A stretch of 24,088 nucleotides of DNA from Fastidiosibacter lacustris (GTDB taxonomy: Bacteria; Pseudomonadota; Gammaproteobacteria; Francisellales; Francisellaceae). Positions within the stretch are counted from its first letter, which is position 1. Each line of letters starts with the position of its first letter. The position numbers and the translations under genes are program-made. The notes under the pieces are model-generated. The model saw nothing but the letters and a program-made list of their open reading frames with translations. It made no database searches and had not been told where the DNA came from. The DNA lies in the NCBI RefSeq assembly GCF_003428155.1, contig NZ_QLIR01000025.1, forward strand, positions 1 to 24,088. The letters are read 5' to 3'. Shown one piece after another: positions 10,850-18,943 of the stretch.

Positions 10850-12564
10850 ATTGACCTCTTTGTGCTGATGTATTGCCAACAGTTAATCAGATGATAGCCT
10901 GTCGTTGATTTTACTTTATCAAAGGCAGCTTGCTCATTATGATCGATATACTCAATTGGTAAATCATTTGCTATAAACACCTTAGCAAAAATTTCAAATG
11001 CTGCTTCAAGTGTATTTTCTTGTTTTGTCATGGCAAGATAGCGCATGTATTCTAACATCGGCCAAATGCGATATTGTGTTTGATCATCTTTGTTATTCAA
11101 GTTACTGCGTACTAAGCCGTTAGCATTAACACCCTTTTGAGAGGCAGACAAAAATAATGCTTTATGATCGGGCATGAGTCCTACATCCACACCAAGTTCT
11201 AGTGCCTCCAAAATAAGTGCACTCCACTCAAAGCTATGACCTGGTTCAAAAACAACAGGTTGATATTCAATCGAATATTCACGCATCAGCATTTGCTTGT
11301 GATCAAAAAACAAAATAATGATTTGCTCATATAAAGCTTGTGCTTGATTTTTAAAAATATCACTTTTGGTATAGCGATAAGCACTTAAATAACTTTCAAA
11401 TAAGTGCATCAGCGCATTTTGACCAATTACACCTTGTGCATCCTTTAAGTTTTTAAATGCTTCACTTACAAACTTCTCTTGAATTAATTGATTCACCTTC
11501 AAAATATCCGCCAATAAATCTGTTTGTGTGTATTTTTGATATAAATGACTCAATGAGAAGAGTAAGAAAGCATATTCATAAGGATCACTAACGTTCCCAT
11601 CTTGAACAAATTTGTGCCAGCTTTGTGTTGAGTGATTCCAATAAAGTGCTTTTATCTGCTGATAAAGCTTAAAAGCCTTGTTCCACCCATCTTCTAGATT
11701 GTTTAAGCGCGCATAGGTTATTAAATAAAACATTCCCCTTGTTTGACATAATAGTCTTGTGTTGGCTTTGTTAACTAAATAAGGTTTGTCCAAAAATTCT
11801 GGTACATAACTAAGTGTATCGATATTTTTGACTAACAAGCCATAATAGGTTTTCTGCCACCGTTTAATATAGCTTAATCTATCTATACGTTTGATGTCGG
11901 TTAATACTTTATTAAAAACGCCATTGATATCCAAGTTACTAGTATCTACAACAATTGCATCATCTGCTGCTTTCAAGGGAGCTATTGCTCGATTCCTATC
12001 TTGCGCATCACGTGCTTGCAATTGCTCTAAAATCTCGTTGTAATCTGCTTTCTCAGCTTTAGCAACAAGTTCATCATAGCGTCGCTTTGCACGCACTTGA
12101 ATTTCTGCGTCTAAAAAAAACTTATATTGTGCATTTGGAAAGACAACTGTTCCCATGTCTCTTCCATCTGCAACCAAGCCCTTTACTCCTTTAGCAAAGT
12201 CTTTTTGGCACGCAAGCAAAGCTTCGCGCACAATAGGAATTTTTGCAATTTTAGATGCTATCATACCTGTTTTTTCTTCCCTGATTCGGTGGCTTACATC
12301 GACACCATTCAAATAAGCGGTTGTTTTATCATCTTCAATCTTAAAGTCAATATTTAAATTTTTTAAGGTGTGATATAAACGTTCTTCATTACAAAGATCT
12401 AACTGCTGATCCAAAACAAGTAATGCCGCTAGCCGATAAATGGCTCCACTATCTAACAAGGCGTAATCAAACTGCTTGGCTAACAAGCGTGATAACGTGC
12501 CTTTTCCCACTCCACTTGGACCATCAACTGTAATAATATCAACCTTATTTCCCATGGTATTCAA
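10846..12564 (-). CDS. cmk: cytidylate kinase N-terminal domain fused to an N-acylglucosamine 2-epimerase (AGE)-like C-terminal domain
   Basis: 572 aa continuous ORF; first ~225 aa carry ITVDGPSGVGKGTLSRLLA, GLVADGRDMGTVVFPNA, YNEILEQLQARDAQDRNR (Cmk); remaining ~345 aa carry AGE-like FEPGHSFEWSALILEALE, RIWPMLEYMRYLAM and STTGYHLINCWQYI. Confidence 0.82.
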   Translation of the reverse strand: MNTMGNKVDIITVDGPSGVGKGTLSRLLAKQFDYALLDSGAIYRLAALLVLDQQLDLCNEERLYHTLKNLNIDFKIEDDKTTAYLNGVDVSHRIREEKTGMIASKIAKIPIVREALLACQKDFAKGVKGLVADGRDMGTVVFPNAQYKFFLDAEIQVRAKRRYDELVAKAEKADYNEILEQLQARDAQDRNRAIAPLKAADDAIVVDTSNLDINGVFNKVLTDIKRIDRLSYIKRWQKTYYGLLVKNIDTLSYVPEFLDKPYLVNKANTRLLCQTRGMFYLITYARLNNLEDGWNKAFKLYQQIKALYWNHSTQSWHKFVQDGNVSDPYEYAFLLFSLSHLYQKYTQTDLLADILKVNQLIQEKFVSEAFKNLKDAQGVIGQNALMHLFESYLSAYRYTKSDIFKNQAQALYEQIIILFFDHKQMLMREYSIEYQPVVFEPGHSFEWSALILEALELGVDVGLMPDHKALFLSASQKGVNANGLVRSNLNNKDDQTQYRIWPMLEYMRYLAMTKQENTLEAAFEIFAKVFIANDLPIEYIDHNEQAAFDKVKSTTGYHLINCWQYISTKRSI

Positions 12565-13588
12565 ACTCCTGCATTACAGTAATAAATGCTTTTACTTCGT
12601 CTAATGTAATTGAATTGTATAGGCTTACTCGCACACCGCCTGTGCTTCTGTGTCCAGCAATGCCATAAACACCTTTCTCTCTAGCAAAATTTAAAAAGGC
12701 TGTAGTTTGATCCAAGCTTGGTAAATGAAAGACTACGTTCATTTTTGAACGTATTTCAGCTGCTATGAAATTATTAAATATTTTTGAGTCATCAATTGCT
12801 TTATATAAAAGCCTTGCCTTATGATTGTTGTTTTCAGCGACAATCGCTAAGCCGCCTTGTGCCAATAAATCTTGCAATACTAACTCAACTGATACCCAAG
12901 CAATCACGTCTGGTGTGTTATACAAAGAGTTTGTTTGTTGCATTGTTGCATAGTTTAATATCGCTGGAATACTTTGTTTGTCTTCATCAATCAAACTTTT
13001 TTTGATGATCACAACAGTGATACCTGGTAAGCCTATGTTTTTTTGAGCTCCAGCATAGACCAAATCGTATCGAGATATATCTGTTGGTTTTGACAGAAAA
13101 CTCGAAGACATATCGCAAACGAGTGGTGATGATGTATTGGGAATATAATGCCATTGTATGCCATCTATGGTTTCATTTTCAGTGTAATGGACATAATCAT
13201 ATTGAGAAGCTATTAAATCACTGGACTCTGTCATTGATAAGAGATCTACGGCAATAAATTTTTTGGCTTCTTTAATTGCTGCTTGTGACCAATAACCGCT
13301 GTTGATATAAAGGGCTTTACCACTTTTATTCAGGTTCATAGGGATTGCAGCAAACTGACCGCTAGCCCCCCCCGACATCAATAAAATTTCATAATCATTG
13401 CTTAAATTTAATAATTGAGTTAAATATTGTTTGATATTATGATTGACCTCTGCAAATAATTCGTCACGATGAGACAACGACAAAAGTGATAATTTTGTAC
13501 CTTTGTAATCATGAATCATCTGGATAAGTGATTGGTAAATATGGCTTTTAAGCTGTGCAGGTCCAGCACAAAAATTCATTGTATACAT
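12545..13588 (-). CDS. serC: phosphoserine aminotransferase
   Basis: 347 aa; MNFCAGPAQL, ILLMSGGASGQFAAIPMN, YAGAQKNIGLPGITVVII (PLP Lys), HRSTGGVRVSLYN. Confidence 0.93.
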   Translation of the reverse strand: MYTMNFCAGPAQLKSHIYQSLIQMIHDYKGTKLSLLSLSHRDELFAEVNHNIKQYLTQLLNLSNDYEILLMSGGASGQFAAIPMNLNKSGKALYINSGYWSQAAIKEAKKFIAVDLLSMTESSDLIASQYDYVHYTENETIDGIQWHYIPNTSSPLVCDMSSSFLSKPTDISRYDLVYAGAQKNIGLPGITVVIIKKSLIDEDKQSIPAILNYATMQQTNSLYNTPDVIAWVSVELVLQDLLAQGGLAIVAENNNHKARLLYKAIDDSKIFNNFIAAEIRSKMNVVFHLPSLDQTTAFLNFAREKGVYGIAGHRSTGGVRVSLYNSITLDEVKAFITVMQEFEYHGK

Positions 13589-13982
13589 GTGTTGTATGTG
13601 TTAAAACTTAAGTGGACTCATTATAGCGAAGCAATGACAAGCATGAAATCTATATTCCCATCACTAAAGCTGAATTTTTAATTTAATTCTAGAGTTACAT
13701 ACTTTTTAGACCCTAGGGGCAAACATTAGTGTCTCATCTCTTAAATGCGTTATGGTTGATAATCCAACATGACAATTGATATGGTTAGGGGTATTATTAA
13801 GTGAGCATTAAGAGTTATTTAGGTCATCAAGCATTAGGGCGATAATCTGCCAAAGGTTGTTATTAAAATATTCCTTCATGGAAATAATTTTGTTACAAAA
13901 CGCCAATACCAGAAATACTGCAAAATAAAACGTGAATAAGATATACTTATAAGCGTTTAAACCTGAGATATGGAGACGTAAT

Positions 13983-14633
13983 ATGAAAAAATTGAGTAAA
14001 ATTATTGGCATCACTGCATTTTGTTTAACAAGTGGTAACTTTGTATTTGCTCAAGGTGTGCAAACGGGACTTACTCTTGGTGCAAGCTTAGGTGGTGCAT
14101 CAACACAAAACTACGACTCTAGTGGAATAATCAGTAATACCACCAAAACACAAGGTGGTGCCTATGGTGGTTTTGCAGTTGGTTATGACCTTGCTTTAAC
14201 CCAAAACATAAGTCTTGGTGTCGAATCCGGTTTTTATTATGGCTATAGCTTAGCTTCATTAAAAGCAGATGGTCTAGATAAATCTAACCTTAACCAGTGG
14301 AACATCCCTCTTCTTATTGTTGGCAAATACACTTTCAATAACGGTGTTAATGTGTTTGCGAAAGCGGGTGCAACTTATGTTCATCAACAAATTACAAATA
14401 CCGACACCTATTTTGTTCCTGGTACCAATGGCACCAATTTTGAATTTTTACCAGAGCTTGCAGCAGGGGTCGGCTACAAATTCACAAATGGTATTAATAT
14501 TGGGGGTCAACTTGGCTATTTATTTGGTTCAACCGCAGACTTAAGAACATCTAACTCTTATCACGGTAATGATGTCAAGGTTGCGGCAAGTGTGACTTTG
14601 ACTGCTTACATTAGTTACACATTTCCTATATAA
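13983..14633 (+). CDS. outer-membrane beta-barrel protein
   Basis: 216 aa; signal peptide MKKLSKIIGITAFCLTSGNFVFA; repeated amphipathic strands and terminal aromatic-rich 'ASVTLTAYISYTFPI'. Confidence 0.75.
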   Translation: MKKLSKIIGITAFCLTSGNFVFAQGVQTGLTLGASLGGASTQNYDSSGIISNTTKTQGGAYGGFAVGYDLALTQNISLGVESGFYYGYSLASLKADGLDKSNLNQWNIPLLIVGKYTFNNGVNVFAKAGATYVHQQITNTDTYFVPGTNGTNFEFLPELAAGVGYKFTNGINIGGQLGYLFGSTADLRTSNSYHGNDVKVAASVTLTAYISYTFPI

Positions 14634-14648
14634 ATAAACTTTAAGTTG

Positions 14649-14684
14649 TACAAGTTTAGACTCGACTTGACAGTTGCTTATTTT
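14649..14684 (+). repeat. left copy of a diverged repeat flanking the accessory segment (reads YKFRLDLTVAYF)
   Basis: 32/36 nt identical to 23964..23999; the four mismatches are all synonymous in the shared frame. Confidence 0.7.
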
Positions 14685-15138
14685 AAAACGCGACGGCAGA
14701 ATTTAGAACTGTGAAAAATTTACACAGTCAATTGAACAGGTTTGGCTCATCTATTTTTATCTAAGTCTTGTGATTCTGTCATTACCAAGGTAAAGTGTCG
14801 GACTAATTACCAAGGGATTTTGTCGTGTTAATAGTATGGTCTGAATGCTATTGAGTCAACAAACTATTAGTAATAACCCTGACGTTATTAACCGAATCAT
14901 AAAAACTGGTAGTCCCTGCTTTTGTGGGTAACGTTTGACCTGTTTTTATCGTGTTCTCACCTATATAGGACTAGTGTTAAGGTCCGTGCTTCAGCAGTAA
15001 CGCAATACCTGATCTGACTATCCTGCTGCTTATTTATTCTCTACATACTTGAATTTAGGGGTTGACAGCCAATAATATTTCATGCTGAAATTACTGTGGC
15101 GGGCAAGGAACTCTTAGCGACCGCTAGATTGACATTTT

Positions 15139-15164
15139 AAATTACCGCCGAAAGATGGTAATTT
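15139..15164 (+). promoter_or_regulatory. inverted repeat upstream of the short ORF
   Basis: AAATTACC (15139-15146) / GGTAATTT (15157-15164), perfect 8-bp arms with 10-nt loop; TTGACA at 15129 overlaps just upstream. Confidence 0.4.
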
Positions 15165-15188
15165 GAGGCATTACAATAAGGGGGATTT

Positions 15189-15368
15189 ATGAAATCAAGT
15201 GATAACCAAAAATTCGCGAAAGCTTCTAGTGATGACCCCGTTGTCTATCCACGTCATTTTGCTCCAGACTTTAAAGTCATGGGTGCTGGATCCACGCAGT
15301 GGCCACGGCATGCGAATCATGTATTGACAAGATCAGGTGTAACATCAGGATGTTTATCAAAAACATAG
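15189..15368 (+). CDS. 59-aa small protein, candidate RiPP precursor peptide
   Basis: Read directly: MKSSDNQKFAKASSDDPVVYPRHFAPDFKVMGAGSTQWPRHANHVLTRSGVTSGCLSKT*; strong SD (aagggggat) before ATG; first gene before the radical SAM gene; absent from the supplied ORF track, probably because of a length cut-off. Confidence 0.55.
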   Translation: MKSSDNQKFAKASSDDPVVYPRHFAPDFKVMGAGSTQWPRHANHVLTRSGVTSGCLSKT

Positions 15369-15596
15369 TTATAACATTGATAGTTCGTTAGTATGGCAAC
15401 ATAATTAGCTAAAAAATAGTAGCCTGCGACGGGATCAACTATTCTCGCTAAAAAATTGATGAAAGTCTTATAAATAAGGGATTTTTGAATAAAACAGTTA
15501 CGAAAAAATACAAAGTGAGCATAATTGCATATCAAAGGATCTAAGACTGGATTTTCTGGTTGCGGGATATGTCTGGCTGTAAGGAGGGTTAGTGTA

Positions 15597-16286
15597 GTGC
15601 AACATGATATCTCAGAATATATTTCCCGTGATGAGCCTTTATTTAGTGCACCTGTTCACGTTGATTTTGATATGACAAATGCATGTAATCTGGCATGTCA
15701 TCACTGTCATGCTGCATCTGGTAGAAGACAGCATGATGAATTAACTTCAGATGAAATAAAACATGTGATCGCCGATTTGCATCAAAATGGTGTAATAGAC
15801 TTAACTATTGCTCGAGGTGAGCCATTTCTCAGACCTGATTTATCTGATATCTTAGAGTATGCTGATTCATGCCAAGGTATTTATACAACTGTAGTAACGA
15901 ATGGTACGCTTTTGAAGCGTGAAACAGTAAAAAAACTTTCCTCAAATTGCAGGGGCATAAATTTCAACATTAGTATTGATGGCTCCACTCCGGATAAGCT
16001 GGATATTCTTCGACACAGAAAAAAACGTGATAATGACAAAAAAAGACAGTTGTTTGCTCAGATTATTGATGATGCTAAAGCCATTTCGGATGCTGGACTT
16101 ACTCTCGGAGTTAGCTTTGTAGCCAGCGGAATGAATGCTGATGATCTTGAAAATGTTTACGATATGGCTGTTAATGAGCTAAGGGCGAAAAGTGTAACTG
16201 CAATACGTTTTTTTCCTGCCGGTTTTGGAAAGAATGCGTTAAACGAGCTGGTGCTAAAATATGAAAAGTGGGAAAAATTATTCTAA
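15597..16286 (+). CDS. radical SAM enzyme, N-terminal portion (frame-split)
   Basis: GTG start 15597 with SD aaggagg at 15581; FDMTNACNLACHHCHAASG = CxxxCxxC [4Fe-4S]-SAM motif; ends in KYEKWEKLF*. Confidence 0.85.
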   Translation: MQHDISEYISRDEPLFSAPVHVDFDMTNACNLACHHCHAASGRRQHDELTSDEIKHVIADLHQNGVIDLTIARGEPFLRPDLSDILEYADSCQGIYTTVVTNGTLLKRETVKKLSSNCRGINFNISIDGSTPDKLDILRHRKKRDNDKKRQLFAQIIDDAKAISDAGLTLGVSFVASGMNADDLENVYDMAVNELRAKSVTAIRFFPAGFGKNALNELVLKYEKWEKLF

Positions 16287-16774
16287 ATCTTACTAGAAGA
16301 CGTCATTCTTTCCAGAATCTCACCATTTCTGTTGCAGCTCCATGGGAAATATACCTTCCCCTACTGGAAAATGGCTACACACCTCAACAAGTGTGGGAAA
16401 TCTGGCAATATAAATCAATGCTAGCAGATCCCCTTTATTCATCAGCTTATCAGATCGGTGATTCGGGTGGGATTGGGGATTTGAATATCAGCGGTAATGG
16501 TAATGTATACCCTTCAGTTCTAATGTCAGGTAGCCATGACGTCCTATGCGGAAATATACGCAACCAGTCACTAAAATGGATATGGAATAACGCTAACCCT
16601 CTAAAGGAACTACGTAATATTCAACTTTCTAAAATTGGTGGTCCATGCGTTGACTGCCACATTCGTGATTTATGTGGTGCAGGCTCGCGCGCTCGCGCGC
16701 TTTCTCTGACAGGGAGTATATACGGACTTGATTATTGGTGCCCTGTCATTGCAAAAAATCTCAAGGAGATATAA
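16268..16774 (+). CDS. radical SAM enzyme C-terminal portion with SPASM-like domain (frame-split continuation)
   Basis: GNIRNQSLKWIW...PCVDCHIRDLCGAGSRARAL...YWCPV SPASM-type Cys pattern; continues the preceding ORF in the -1 frame. Confidence 0.82.
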   Translation: MGKIILNLTRRRHSFQNLTISVAAPWEIYLPLLENGYTPQQVWEIWQYKSMLADPLYSSAYQIGDSGGIGDLNISGNGNVYPSVLMSGSHDVLCGNIRNQSLKWIWNNANPLKELRNIQLSKIGGPCVDCHIRDLCGAGSRARALSLTGSIYGLDYWCPVIAKNLKEI

Positions 16775-16776
16775 TT

Positions 16777-17085
16777 ATGTTACTGTATTCCAAAGAAAAT
16801 AGTACCATGCGTCTGCTGGAAAGATGCTATGGCGCCGAATTAAGGTATAATCGTCAGGTATTTTTTGCCAATAATGATTTAACAAAAATTATCAAATTTG
16901 TTATTAAAACATCTGGTTGTGATTACCCTCCGTCGTATAGTAGTCAATCATGGGTAGATGAAAAAACTGTACGTGACACATTGCATAAACTTTCAGATGC
17001 AGGTATTCCACTTTCATTTTGGGGTGAGTTTTGGAGTAATACTGAAGTTTTGTCAGCCAATCATAGTTTGAAGATAGATTTATGA
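16777..17085 (+). CDS. 102-aa uncharacterised small protein, possible peptide-recognition or partner protein
   Basis: ATG 16777 preceded by caaggagat; 4-nt overlap (ATGA) with the next gene; C-terminal 'VDEKTVRDTLHKLSDAGIPLSF' looks winged-helix-like. Confidence 0.6.
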   Translation: MLLYSKENSTMRLLERCYGAELRYNRQVFFANNDLTKIIKFVIKTSGCDYPPSYSSQSWVDEKTVRDTLHKLSDAGIPLSFWGEFWSNTEVLSANHSLKIDL

Positions 17086-17969
17086 CGGTTTTTTCATTTG
17101 CCAGAAAGATAGGGGATGCGTTGTACCGTGAGTGGGGAGAGATAAACTTTGATGTTATATCATTTCCTAGTCTTGCATATAATTCCATAACATCGTCAAA
17201 GCCAGAAACAGAAATTAATGTGTTTGATATTCCATTTTCATTATTAAGAGTGAATCAAATACCAAAGCAAAGAGTTAATAACGGATCGTTATTTGGTCAG
17301 CCACCACTCACCCTGTACGTGGCAGAAGACAAACGATTCTTTATTGAAATTTATTTATGGTCATCTGTTGATATGACTATCCATGATCATCCATTTTCAG
17401 GTGCTTTTACGGTACTAGAGGGAGTTTGCCAGCATGATTCATATCTTTTTGAGAGATCAGGTGGTTCCAATCAGCTACAGATGGGGAGCCTGATTTTTAA
17501 AGAAACCGAGCTAATGTCAAAAGGCGACTGCAGAATGATTTTTAATGGTGACCGTCTTATCCACAGAAATCTTCATTTGTCGAAACCAACAGTTACTTTT
17601 ATTATCAGAACCTATCGTGATCTAGGTCTCACTGGTAGAATCTATGAAGAGTCAGGACTTGCTATTGCGCCAGACCTGACAATTGCAGAGCAGAAATTTT
17701 TGGATTATCTTGATGGAGTGTTACGACTGAACAACTACGATACAGCTTTACGGATGATACAGTCTCTTATAAGCTCTGGTTTTAGTGATTTTGCTAAATA
17801 TCATTCTGCAAAGGTCTATCTAGAACAGACCCGACGTTATAACGAAGTAGAATCTATTTCTGACATGCTTGCGTCATCCATACCTGATGTTACTTCTGAT
17901 TTTTTCAGAAAGACTTTCCTGCTTCAGATAGAGCCCATTCTGAGTGGTGAGTCCTATACAACGTACTGA
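17082..17969 (+). CDS. cupin-like / cysteine-dioxygenase-like protein with C-terminal helical extension
   Basis: 295 aa; 'VDMTIHDHPFSGAFTVLEGVCQHDSYLF' HxH cupin-type motif and later 'GDRLIHRNLHLSKPTVTFIIRTY'. Confidence 0.55.
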   Translation: MTVFSFARKIGDALYREWGEINFDVISFPSLAYNSITSSKPETEINVFDIPFSLLRVNQIPKQRVNNGSLFGQPPLTLYVAEDKRFFIEIYLWSSVDMTIHDHPFSGAFTVLEGVCQHDSYLFERSGGSNQLQMGSLIFKETELMSKGDCRMIFNGDRLIHRNLHLSKPTVTFIIRTYRDLGLTGRIYEESGLAIAPDLTIAEQKFLDYLDGVLRLNNYDTALRMIQSLISSGFSDFAKYHSAKVYLEQTRRYNEVESISDMLASSIPDVTSDFFRKTFLLQIEPILSGESYTTY

Positions 17970-17980
17970 CAGGAGGCTTA

Positions 17981-18943
17981 ATGATAACAAAATCTACATT
18001 GCTCGAACTGTACAAAACTGCTTTTATTATTCGTACCGTAGATCAAAAAATTGATGAAGGACTCAGAAATAATCATTTTTTTGCACTGCATTACCCTGTT
18101 AAAGGGCAAGAGCTCATTTCTGCATCTTTAGGTGTCAATAAATATCCTGGGGACAAAATTGTTTCTACTTATCGATGTCTTGGTGACCTCATCGGATTTG
18201 GTGGTTCATATTATTCTTATTTCGCTGAAATTATGGGGAAAAAGGATGGAATATCCGGTGGCAAAGGTGGATGCATGCATCTGTGTTCGACTGAAAACGG
18301 GTTGCTAGCTACAACAGGAATAGTGGGAGGTGGACTGCCAATAGCATGTGGTGTCGCACTATCAGTGCAGACAGATGGCAACGACAATATTGTCTTTGTT
18401 ACCTTTGGAGATGGTGCCACAACAACCGGTGCGTATCATGAAGCAATGAACCTTGCGGGATTATGGAAGCTGCCCATACTGTTTATCTGTATCAATAATG
18501 AATATGCACTGCATACTAGGCTTAGCCGTATAACTACAAATACCGAGCTTTATACAAAAGTAGATGTGTATGGTATCCGCGCCTTCAGAGCAGTAGTAAG
18601 CGAGCCTGAGAAGTTGCATATTACTGTGACTAAGTGTGTGGAATTTGTTCGAGACACTGGTGAACCTATATTTCTTGAAATATCCTGCCCTCGTCTTCAC
18701 GGACATATGACAGGCAGCAACACTGAATACATGAACTTGCCTGCTGACGATGAAATGTTTCAGGTAGATCCACTTATGCTGTTTAGAAAGCAAGTCGTCA
18801 GGGAATATGACAGCAACAACCAACTGGAAAGTATTGAATATCAGATTATTAATGATGTCTCCGCTTCCTATAACAAAGCATTAAATGCTCCCCTTCCTGA
18901 TAATCAGGATCTATTGAAAGAGATTACAAAATATACAACATGA
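17981..18943 (+). CDS. thiamine pyrophosphate-dependent dehydrogenase E1 component, alpha subunit-like
   Basis: 320 aa; GGKGGCMHL, GIVGGGLPIACGVA, TFGDGATTTGAYHEAMNLAGLWKLPILFICINNEYA (GDG...NN TPP motif). Confidence 0.9.
   Translation: MITKSTLLELYKTAFIIRTVDQKIDEGLRNNHFFALHYPVKGQELISASLGVNKYPGDKIVSTYRCLGDLIGFGGSYYSYFAEIMGKKDGISGGKGGCMHLCSTENGLLATTGIVGGGLPIACGVALSVQTDGNDNIVFVTFGDGATTTGAYHEAMNLAGLWKLPILFICINNEYALHTRLSRITTNTELYTKVDVYGIRAFRAVVSEPEKLHITVTKCVEFVRDTGEPIFLEISCPRLHGHMTGSNTEYMNLPADDEMFQVDPLMLFRKQVVREYDSNNQLESIEYQIINDVSASYNKALNAPLPDNQDLLKEITKYTT

Noticed and set aside
15065-15110. Possible Tn3-type terminal inverted repeat (ggggttgacagcc...) paired with gaaaccccg near 22140
   Set aside because: Only the first few bases match by eye; no 38-bp IR pair could be supported.
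15317-15535. 72-aa minus-strand ORF opposite the small ORF/radical SAM spacer
   Set aside because: Antisense to the better supported 59-aa ORF and lacks family-like features.
16255-16300. Programmed -1 ribosomal frameshift producing the full radical SAM protein
   Set aside because: The site (GAA AAA TTA in the zero frame) lacks a canonical X XXY YYZ heptamer and no obvious downstream pseudoknot was seen. An indel is simpler, though slippage on the A-run is not excluded.
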